Positions 36,995-44,040 of a stretch of DNA of 44,040 nt are shown piece after piece (position 1 is the stretch's first letter; each line of letters begins with the position of its first letter). This DNA comes from an uncultured Parcubacteria group bacterium (lineage in GTDB: Bacteria; Patescibacteriota; Minisyncoccia; UBA6257; 2-01-FULL-56-20): assembly GCA_903944135.1 (NCBI GenBank), contig CAJAQL010000001.1, forward strand, positions 1 through 44,040, read 5' to 3'. Below the pieces are notes generated by a model. That model ran no database searches. It saw only the letters and a program-made list of their open reading frames with translations, and was not told the DNA's origin. Made by a program: the position numbers and the translations under genes.

Positions 36995-38161
36995 CTATCT
37001 CACCACGGCACCGAATTCTTCGGCGGTCTTTTTCTCAAGTGTCTTATGCAAAATATCGATCTCGTCATTCGTGAGCGTGCGGTCGCCTGCGCGATAGGTG
37101 ATCCGATAGGCATAGCTTTTTTTGTCGACACCGAACTTTTCGTCATTCTCGTATTCATCGAGGAGTTCGACCTGCTCGACAAGATCCCCCGCCACGTCAC
37201 GGACAAGATCGAAATAAACGTTCGGCATGAAATCCTTTTTCACCACAAAAGAAATGTCGCGGACGATCGCCGGATATTTGCTCACTTCGACGAATTTCTG
37301 TCCCAAATGAAGCTGCTTTTTTACGCGCTCATCATCCGACCACAACAGCCGGATGTCCGGCAACTGCATACTGATGATGGCAAGACGTTCCAGGCCGAAA
37401 CCGAAGGCCCAGCCATTGTATCCTTCAAGCCCCATTTTTCGGAGCGAGCTCTTTTTCGCCATGCCGCCGCCCAAGATCTCGAGCCACTGGCCATTGACAT
37501 CAACCTCAACTTGAAGCGATGGATCCGTGTACGGGAACGTATCATCCAAAAAACGGTATTTCACGTCCTTGCCGAAAACGCCCTGCACGATCCCGGTCAG
37601 CACATTCTTCAATTCGTCGATCGGAAGAATCCCTTCGCTGTCAGGAACCAAATACAACCCATCCATCTGATGGAAGACGTTCATGTGATGGCGGTCGATC
37701 TCATCTTTGCGATAGACCTTCCCGTAGCATATGACACCGAGCGGTTTCCGGGCGGCAATCTTCTCCTTGATCTCCGGTAAGTTCAGATAGTAATACCACA
37801 TGACCGTGTCATGGGTGCGCAGAACGTTCTTGTCGTCGACGTAATAGGTATCGGACATGCTCCGCGCCGGATGCTCGGGCGGAAAATCAAAAAGGTCAAA
37901 AGTGATATTTGCCGGCACGACCTCCGGAACAATGACGTTGTCGAAATTCTCGATGATCGGCAGACTTCTGACACGTGCGACGATATCGAATAACGGACTT
38001 CCCGGCGTGCGCGGAAGGTCGGGCATCGCAAGATAGCGCTTCACGCGCTCCGCATAGGCATCATTCCGCGCGAGCAAAGGTTGCAATGCTTTTTCCTGCG
38101 CATCAAGCGAAATTTTATATTCCTTACTTTCGAGCCGTGTTTTATCGTAGAGTGATCCCAT
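36995..38161 (-). CDS. pheS: Single-chain (mitochondrial-type) phenylalanine--tRNA ligase: catalytic domain plus FDX-ACB
   Basis: HPARSMSDTYY, VLRTH, GKVYRKDEIDRHH, FHQMDG, FPYTDPS, GWAFGFGLERLA, then DIRLLW and SKYPAIVRDISF (FDX-ACB). Confidence 0.93.
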   Translation of the reverse strand: MGSLYDKTRLESKEYKISLDAQEKALQPLLARNDAYAERVKRYLAMPDLPRTPGSPLFDIVARVRSLPIIENFDNVIVPEVVPANITFDLFDFPPEHPARSMSDTYYVDDKNVLRTHDTVMWYYYLNLPEIKEKIAARKPLGVICYGKVYRKDEIDRHHMNVFHQMDGLYLVPDSEGILPIDELKNVLTGIVQGVFGKDVKYRFLDDTFPYTDPSLQVEVDVNGQWLEILGGGMAKKSSLRKMGLEGYNGWAFGFGLERLAIISMQLPDIRLLWSDDERVKKQLHLGQKFVEVSKYPAIVRDISFVVKKDFMPNVYFDLVRDVAGDLVEQVELLDEYENDEKFGVDKKSYAYRITYRAGDRTLTNDEIDILHKTLEKKTAEEFGAVVR

Positions 38162-38200
38162 TGCAATTATGATAGCAAAAAAAACGCACTTGTCACACCG

Positions 38201-39262
38201 TTATTCAGCGGCCTCCGCGCGTTTCTCATCTTTTTTATGCTCTTCGCCTTCCAATATTTCGAACAGTTTTTTCTGTATCGCGATCGACTCGGCCGGCTCC
38301 CAAAGTTCAGCATCGGTGCGATCCTGATAGCGGCGCTTCAAGGCGACGATATTTGCCGCAATGTCCTTTTCGTCCGCTGTGATCTTTTCCTCTTTCCGCA
38401 TCGCCCCCATGATCAAACTTGCGGCGATCTGTTTTCCGATCGCCTCTCTCTCCTCCTTCTCTAATTCTTCTGCCGTTTTCTTGACCTGCTTCAAATAATC
38501 CTCAAGTGAAACGCCTGCCTTCTGAAGCTCTTCATCGCGATGCTCGAAAAACGCGGCGAGCTCCTGATCCACGAGCAATTTCGGTATCTTTATCTTTGTC
38601 TTCTGGGCGATCGCCTGCACCATCGCCTCGCGCCGAACTTCTTTTTCGTCGCGCTCCTTGCCCTCTTTCAAATTCCGCTCAAGCTCCTCCCTGAACTCGG
38701 CGACATTCTTATACGGACCGAATTGCTTCACGAAATCATCGGTCAGCTCGGGCAATGCTTCATCGCCTTCCTTACCCGATTCGCCGCCACGGAACATCTC
38801 ACGGAGATGATGAATGGCCTCATCAACTTCCTCGGTTTTCACTTCAACCGGCTTTTTCTCTTCTGCGATCTTCTTCGCAATGCTCTTGTAGTCCGGGAGT
38901 CCTATCTCAGGCATAAGCGCGAAGCGAGCCGTGAAAACAACGGGGTTTCCAGGCGCCAGTTTCACGAGTCCGACCTCCGGCGTACCCAAAATAGACAGCT
39001 TTTCCGACCCGATGATCTCACGGATCGCTTCGGGAAGCGCTTTGTGCGCCGCCTCTTCCAAAAGCTCCACCGGATCCATCCGCTCCCGCACCATGGCAGG
39101 CGGCACTTTCCCTTTGCGAAAACCAGGGAGTGAAATGTCTTCACCGGCCTCTTCCAACGCCTCGCCTTCATATTCAGTGACGACATCAGCCGCAAGCTCC
39201 GCCTCGAAGGCGATCTCTCCGTCCTTTTCTTTTGTTTTCTTCAAATTCAAATAGCTTGCCAT
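38201..39262 (-). CDS. tig: Trigger factor lacking the PPIase domain
   Basis: LPGFRKGKVP ribosome-binding motif, LPELTDDF, SurA-like C-terminal domain. Confidence 0.92.
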   Translation of the reverse strand: MASYLNLKKTKEKDGEIAFEAELAADVVTEYEGEALEEAGEDISLPGFRKGKVPPAMVRERMDPVELLEEAAHKALPEAIREIIGSEKLSILGTPEVGLVKLAPGNPVVFTARFALMPEIGLPDYKSIAKKIAEEKKPVEVKTEEVDEAIHHLREMFRGGESGKEGDEALPELTDDFVKQFGPYKNVAEFREELERNLKEGKERDEKEVRREAMVQAIAQKTKIKIPKLLVDQELAAFFEHRDEELQKAGVSLEDYLKQVKKTAEELEKEEREAIGKQIAASLIMGAMRKEEKITADEKDIAANIVALKRRYQDRTDAELWEPAESIAIQKKLFEILEGEEHKKDEKRAEAAE

Positions 39263-39475
39263 ATAATTTTTATTTACATTAAATTTTTATGAAATGCCTG
39301 GCCCACTCGATAGAACGGCCCCTTAAAAAAAAGTAAACTCTGAACGCGTTGAGTATATTCCCATATCGCGAAAATTTCAAAATATTAACGCATAAGAGCG
39401 AACTTAAATCAAAAAATAGAATGCACCAATTCGCTTATTTATGAACCAAATATCACGAATTACAAAAGAAAAAAC

Positions 39476-39505
39476 TTGACAAAAAAGTAATTCTTCTGCT
39501 ATAAT
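39476..39505 (+). promoter_or_regulatory. Consensus sigma70 promoter
   Basis: TTGACA-18 nt-TATAAT with extended TGn and an A-rich upstream tract. Confidence 0.8.
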
Positions 39506-39511
39506 TTCACC

Positions 39512-39610
39512 GAACGAGTGCGAGTATACCTTAGCGACGACGTCGATTGAGGCATATCCCACACGATTCTGTTTGGCCAAAGGCCCCCGCAAGGGGGTTT
39601 TTGGTTTTTT
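39512..39610 (+). ncRNA. Candidate small structured RNA of unknown class
   Basis: Bounded by a consensus promoter and an intrinsic terminator; no ORF; long irregular hairpin. Confidence 0.55.
39577..39610 (+). terminator. Intrinsic terminator
   Basis: CCAAAGGCCCCC-GCAA-GGGGGTTTTTGG followed by TTTTTT. Confidence 0.85.
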
Positions 39611-39637
39611 GTTGTTTCCGCCTATAATAAAATGGCG

Positions 39638-39722
39638 TTGAGTTCAAAGGGTCGCGAGCACGAGCACTCATTCAAAATCAAACAGAATTGGAGGTCACCC
39701 GCTCGCGACCCTTTGAACTCAA
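39638..39722. repeat. 22-bp perfect inverted repeat with 41-nt spacer (MITE-like)
   Basis: TTGAGTTCAAAGGGTCGCGAGC / GCTCGCGACCCTTTGAACTCAA. Confidence 0.85.
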
Positions 39723-39751
39723 TAGTGAAAAGCAGCATCCGCATACCCTCC

Positions 39752-40732
39752 ATGCCGAAATTCAAAGAAAATATCCCACTCGCGAAGTTCGCCAATTACA
39801 GGATCGGCGGACCGGCGCGATTTTTTTTTGAAGCAAAAACGGAAAGCAATGTAGCATGGGCGATTGCGGAAGCAAAAGCTCGCAAGATCCCCTGCTTCGT
39901 GCTTGGCGGTGGCACAAATCTTCTCATGAGCGACGCCGGATTCGATGGATTGGTTCTTAAGATCAATATCTCGAAGATCGGCGCCAAGGGAAATCTGATC
40001 ACTGCAGGCGCCGGCATCACTATGGCAAAACTCACGAATTTCGCCGCAAGAAATTCTCTTGCCGGCTTCGAATGGGCAGGCGGACTGCCGGGAACCTTAG
40101 GCGGAGCGATCCGCGGTAACGCCGGATGTTTCGGCGGCGAGACAAAAGATAATATAAAAAACGTAAGGAGCTTCAATATGGAAACCATGCGATTCGCTAC
40201 GCGGAACGTTATGCAGTGCGGCTTCAGCTATCGTACAAGCTTCTTCAAAAAACATCCCGCAGAAATAATACTCGAAGCGACATTTCGCATGAAAAAAGGC
40301 GACGAGAAGAAAATATCCGCAGCACTCCGCGAGAAAAAAGAGTGGCGCAAGACGCACCATCCACTCGAATACCCGAGCGCCGGAAGTGTCTTCAAGAACG
40401 TCCCCCTCTCGAAGATCGTTGACCGACGGAGCAAGGAATATCGTCTAGCCATAAAAGACCGCACCATCCAATATCAGGGCTCGTCATTTTCCGTAAAAAC
40501 CGATCCTATCCCCGTGATCGCCGCCGCAAAGCTGATCGGCGAGAGCGGCCTTTCAGGCATGAAATATGGCGGCGCCGTGATCTCGCCAAAGCATACGAAT
40601 TTTATAGTGAATTCCGATAACGCGACCGCCCGCGACGTGCTTGTTCTCATCGCCATTGCCCAAAAGAAGGTATATCGGAAATTCGGCGTTAAGCTTGAGC
40701 CGGAGATCCAGATCATAAAAGCAGCGGCATGA
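39752..40732 (+). CDS. murB: UDP-N-acetylenolpyruvoylglucosamine reductase
   Basis: YRIGGPA, LGGGTNLL, GLPGTLGGAIRGNAG, FSYRTS, PSAGSVFKN, KHTNFIVN, LEPEI. Confidence 0.96.
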   Translation: MPKFKENIPLAKFANYRIGGPARFFFEAKTESNVAWAIAEAKARKIPCFVLGGGTNLLMSDAGFDGLVLKINISKIGAKGNLITAGAGITMAKLTNFAARNSLAGFEWAGGLPGTLGGAIRGNAGCFGGETKDNIKNVRSFNMETMRFATRNVMQCGFSYRTSFFKKHPAEIILEATFRMKKGDEKKISAALREKKEWRKTHHPLEYPSAGSVFKNVPLSKIVDRRSKEYRLAIKDRTIQYQGSSFSVKTDPIPVIAAAKLIGESGLSGMKYGGAVISPKHTNFIVNSDNATARDVLVLIAIAQKKVYRKFGVKLEPEIQIIKAAA

Positions 40733-40832
40733 TCGCACGATCATGATCCGATACTTCCTCCGCCGCGCGAAGACAGGAGATATATTTCCAAGAAGCATTT
40801 TGTGGTAGAATAAAAAAAAGATCATCAAAAAA

Positions 40833-41150
40833 ATGAATATCATCGTCATCAAAAAAGACATCGACCTTGCTCCTGCCACCGAGGATTATCTTCAAAAAAA
40901 ATTCGCTCAGCTCGAAAAATTCGTTGATGCCATTGGCGGAAAAAATCCCGCAGAGCTTACGATCGAGGTGGAAAAGACGACCAATCATCACCAAAACGGT
41001 CTTATTTATAAAACATCCGCAAAAGTGCATGTGGAAAACATTACGCTTCGCGCCGACGCAGAAGCTGAAGATATCCACGGCGCGATCGATGGCGCAAAGG
41101 ATATCCTTCGCGAAGAGATCGAAAAATATAAAGATCGATCCTTGAAATAA
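40833..41150 (+). CDS. hpf: Ribosome hibernation promoting factor (short HPF/RaiA)
   Basis: DYLQKKFAQLEKF, LRADAEAEDIHGAID motifs. Confidence 0.88.
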   Translation: MNIIVIKKDIDLAPATEDYLQKKFAQLEKFVDAIGGKNPAELTIEVEKTTNHHQNGLIYKTSAKVHVENITLRADAEAEDIHGAIDGAKDILREEIEKYKDRSLK

Positions 41151-41158
41151 TCTCCGCC

Positions 41159-41905
41159 ATGGAACCTGAAGAAACAACTTTTGAAATCTTCCTCCGCGAC
41201 CGCATAAAAGAAAAAGGCATCTCCCTGAAAAGGCTTTCCGATGTGAGCGGTATCGCGAGCAATCATATCGAAAACCTGTTAAAGGGAGATTTTGAACACG
41301 TGCCCCCGACACCCTACTTCCGCGGATATCTTATGCGTCTCGGCGAAGTCCTTGATTTCGACGGCGAAGCATGGTGGCTCAAAATAAAAAAAGGAGGAGA
41401 CGTCGGAAAATCCGGTCCCACGGATGCGCTTCCCAGTAACCGCTTCGCAAAGAAATCTCCCGCGAAAATCGTTGCTATTTCAGCGGTTGTCTTGGTAATC
41501 CTTTTCATATTTGCTTTTTCACTGCCGCACATCATCGGGAAGCCCATCATCACCATTACATCACCTACATCCACTGACGGAAACCCGTCCGTCATCACAT
41601 CAAGCAGTGTCGTGATCCAGGGCACGGTCAAAAATGCTGATTCGCTTTACATTAACGGCGACGAAGTGACTATTGCAAGCGACGGTTCATGGCAAAAAAA
41701 CGTCCTCATGCCGCAAAATGGCGTAAATCCATTCGAAATCTCCGCAAAGAAATTCCTTGGTGGCACAACCAATATCATGGAGCAGATCATCTATAACGCT
41801 CCGGCAGAAACCTCATCCAGTTCAACGCCGCAGATCACATCACCGACGACAATACCAACGACGTCAACAACCGTCTCAACGACCACCGAATCGCCAGAAA
41901 AGTAA
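41159..41905 (+). CDS. RodZ-like HTH-TM protein with extracellular Ig-like domain
   Basis: HTH (GISLKRLS...IENLLKGDF...YFRGYL), basic patch, TM, beta-rich domain, Thr/Ser tail. Confidence 0.8.
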   Translation: MEPEETTFEIFLRDRIKEKGISLKRLSDVSGIASNHIENLLKGDFEHVPPTPYFRGYLMRLGEVLDFDGEAWWLKIKKGGDVGKSGPTDALPSNRFAKKSPAKIVAISAVVLVILFIFAFSLPHIIGKPIITITSPTSTDGNPSVITSSSVVIQGTVKNADSLYINGDEVTIASDGSWQKNVLMPQNGVNPFEISAKKFLGGTTNIMEQIIYNAPAETSSSSTPQITSPTTIPTTSTTVSTTTESPEK

Positions 41906-41972
41906 CCCCGCGCATACGGGGATCCAGAAAAGAAAAGGAATCTGTCATCCCATCTTGCAACAGGATGACGGA
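41902..41972. repeat. Degenerate REP-like units
   Basis: GTAACCCCGCGCATACGGGGATCCAG and the hairpin GTCATCC...GGATGAC. Confidence 0.55.
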
Positions 41973-41993
41973 TTGAAAAATCCAAGTGTAGGG

Positions 41994-42147
41994 CTTTTCT
42001 TTTGGGCAACCTAAGCGAAAACGAGCTAAACATACGCGAACGAATAGAAAAAAGGTCGGGTGCCCGCGACTGCGGAGCTGGGCGACCTTTTTTCGTATCT
42101 GAGTGAGCTGTATGTTGCGAGACGAAGCGGGTTGCCCAAAAGAAAAG
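41994..42147. mobile_element. 154-bp nested-hairpin MITE-like element
   Basis: 18-bp perfect ends CTTTTCTTTTGGGCAACC / GGTTGCCCAAAAGAAAAG; inner AACATAC/GTATGTT and GAAAAAAGGTCG/CGACCTTTTTTC; apical CCGC-GACT-GCGG. Confidence 0.7.
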
Positions 42148-42196
42148 ACCGGAACCTTTAATATATTTTTAATCTCCCATCTGATATAATTGCCTT

Positions 42197-43303
42197 ATGG
42201 CAAACTTTAAAAAATCAAAAAATACAGGTTCGGCAGGAAAAGAAACGAAAGCGGCAAGGCCAAAAGAGACCAAGGAGGTCAGCGATAAACAGCTCAACGA
42301 GCTTCTTTCGTCGCTTCAGGAAAAGTTCGGCGAAGGCTCCATTATGCGGCTCGGCGAGGTCAGTAAAGTTGATGTTGCGGTAGTCCCTACGGGCTCATTT
42401 TCGCTCGATCTGGCGCTCGGCGTCGGCGGGTTGCCGCGCGGCAGGGTCATCGAGATATTCGGTCCTGAATCAAGCGGCAAGACGACTCTGGCATTGAACG
42501 TCGTCGCGCAGGCGCAGAAGATGGGCGGCAAAGCGGCTTTCATCGACGCGGAACACGCCATGGATCCCGAGTATGCAGCAAGACTCGGCGTCAATGTGAA
42601 TGAACTGTTGATCTCACAGCCGGATAGCGGCGAAGAAGCATTGAATATCCTGGAAAGTTTAGTGCGATCCGGCATGATCGCGGTCGTCGTCGTCGATTCC
42701 GTGGCTGCCCTTACGCCGAAAGCGGAACTTGAAGGCGAGATGGGAGAGCAACATGTAGGACGCCAGGCACGCATGATGGGTCAGGCCCTGCGCAAACTTA
42801 CGGCGATCGCGGCATCCACGCAAACCATGGTCATCTTCATCAACCAGCTCCGCATGAAGATCGGCGTGATGTTCGGCAATCCGGAAACGACGCCGGGCGG
42901 ACGCGCTCTTCCCTTCGCGGCATCGGTTCGCATCGATATCCGCCGCATCGCGCAGGTGAAAAAAGGCGAGAATATCATCGGCAACCGCGTAAAGGCAAAG
43001 GTAGTGAAGAACAAGGTCGCCGCGCCGTTCAAGGCCGCTGAATTCGATATTCTTTTCAATCAGGGCATTTCCTACGAGAGCGACGTCTTGAATGCAGCGG
43101 TCAATCGCGGCGTCGTCAAAAAAGCCGGCGCAAGCTTTTCGTTCGAAGGCGAGAAATTAGGCGTCGGTTTCGATAATGCACGACTGAAACTGAAAGAGGA
43201 CAAAAAACTTATAGAAACGATCAAGGCAAAAGTCATTGAATCCTTTGATAAAGCCGAAGAAGATAACAAAGAAGATGCTCCGAGCGGAGAGAGCGAGGAA
43301 TGA
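42197..43303 (+). CDS. recA: Recombinase RecA
   Basis: [51 protein letters not shown]. Confidence 0.99.
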   Translation: MANFKKSKNTGSAGKETKAARPKETKEVSDKQLNELLSSLQEKFGEGSIMRLGEVSKVDVAVVPTGSFSLDLALGVGGLPRGRVIEIFGPESSGKTTLALNVVAQAQKMGGKAAFIDAEHAMDPEYAARLGVNVNELLISQPDSGEEALNILESLVRSGMIAVVVVDSVAALTPKAELEGEMGEQHVGRQARMMGQALRKLTAIAASTQTMVIFINQLRMKIGVMFGNPETTPGGRALPFAASVRIDIRRIAQVKKGENIIGNRVKAKVVKNKVAAPFKAAEFDILFNQGISYESDVLNAAVNRGVVKKAGASFSFEGEKLGVGFDNARLKLKEDKKLIETIKAKVIESFDKAEEDNKEDAPSGESEE

Positions 43304-43325
43304 TCTTCGGATGAGGTAAGCCATG

Positions 43326-43360
43326 AAATTTAAACCGCCACATCGTGGCGGTTTAAATTT
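43326..43360. terminator. Bidirectional terminator between convergent genes
   Basis: AAATTTAAACCGCCAC-ATC-GTGGCGGTTTAAATTT. Confidence 0.8.
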
Positions 43361-44040
43361 TAAAATCAAGAAAAAGAGCAAGATGATCAGAGACCTCATC
43401 GGAAAGAACTTTGAAATCATCCACCCTGACGCCAGGTGTCGTCAGTGCATAGTCGGCATACATGACCGGGCTTGTGGCATAGAGCGAGCTGCGCGTTGAG
43501 GTAATGCCATATTCCCGGATCAGATTACGCATATCACGCTCCAGTATTTTGATGCTTTCGCCGTCAGGGAGAAGATTGAAATCGCCGCAGATGATCTTTT
43601 CTCCGGAAATTTTATCGAGAGCTCCCCGAAGATGCCGGGATTGGCTCAATCGTTCAGGAGTATCTTTTTTATGCGTACCCTTGATCCACATGCCATGAAA
43701 ATTACAGATCGTGAGCGGTCTTTCATCGACCGCAACCGTGACGCATTGCGCTTTCGCGATCGCTTTTTCCCGCCAATCGGTTCCGGCATCGGAAATAAGA
43801 TCAAAGAGCTCCTCATGGAAAAGCACCGGAATATTTTTTTTAATGAAGATCGCGTTGCCAAAATCGACGTCCTTGCCGATATAACCACGGTAATCGTACC
43901 CCTTTGATTTCGGGCTGAGATGACCTCTGTGGGACGTCAGTATTCTTGAAATATCCTGATACAGATTCATCTTTTCCCCGCTACTGCCGAACTCAAGGTC
44001 CGTGGTCGTACTAAACACTTCCTGAAAGCAAAAAATATCC
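43353..44040 (-). CDS. Endonuclease/exonuclease/phosphatase family protein (5' end outside the window)
   Basis: DIFCFQEV at the window edge, NFHG, ICGDFN, DY and SDHLAL motifs. Confidence 0.9.
   Translation of the reverse strand, partial: DIFCFQEVFSTTTDLEFGSSGEKMNLYQDISRILTSHRGHLSPKSKGYDYRGYIGKDVDFGNAIFIKKNIPVLFHEELFDLISDAGTDWREKAIAKAQCVTVAVDERPLTICNFHGMWIKGTHKKDTPERLSQSRHLRGALDKISGEKIICGDFNLLPDGESIKILERDMRNLIREYGITSTRSSLYATSPVMYADYALTTPGVRVDDFKVLSDEVSDHLALFLDFKI

Noticed and set aside
42148-42196. LexA box upstream of recA
   Set aside because: No GAAC-N4-GTTC or CTGT-N8-ACAG palindrome was found
1-44040. UGA recoding (genetic code 25)
   Set aside because: TGA ends conserved genes at expected lengths (dprA, topA, dnaK, recA) and no conserved gene is interrupted by TGA
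1-44040. CRISPR array, transposase, prophage or defence system
   Set aside because: No regularly spaced repeat-spacer array and no ORF with the relevant motifs

Overview
A 44 kb chromosomal core region from a reduced-genome bacterium, most likely Patescibacteria/CPR (Parcubacteria-like). The basis is short IF2, truncated HrcA, a trigger factor without its PPIase domain, a single-chain mitochondrial-type PheRS, type IV pilus accessory genes, and near-absence of Shine-Dalgarno sites. The standard genetic code is used. The genes cover translation (hisS, pth, trpS, pheS, infB, rbfA, cca, hpf, tig, two tRNAs), DNA handling (dprA, topA, parAB, a Xer-type recombinase, recA), the hrcA-grpE-dnaK-dnaJ heat-shock cluster with a CIRCE operator, a DedA/hydrolase/two-GT4 putative glycolipid operon, gpmI, a GH1 glycosidase and murB. 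No prophage, CRISPR array, transposase or defence system is evident. The most unusual signals are non-coding: (i) a ~100 nt promoter-to-terminator structured RNA candidate between tig and murB; (ii) both tRNA genes are followed by a long perfect hairpin and then a degenerate copy of their own T-arm/3' end; (iii) several families of palindromic or MITE-like elements, one inserted in frame in the CCA-adding enzyme; (iv) -10 boxes 6-9 nt before many core start codons, suggesting leaderless translation, while three small orphan genes carry strong SD sites. All calls come from reading motifs by eye; no searches were run.
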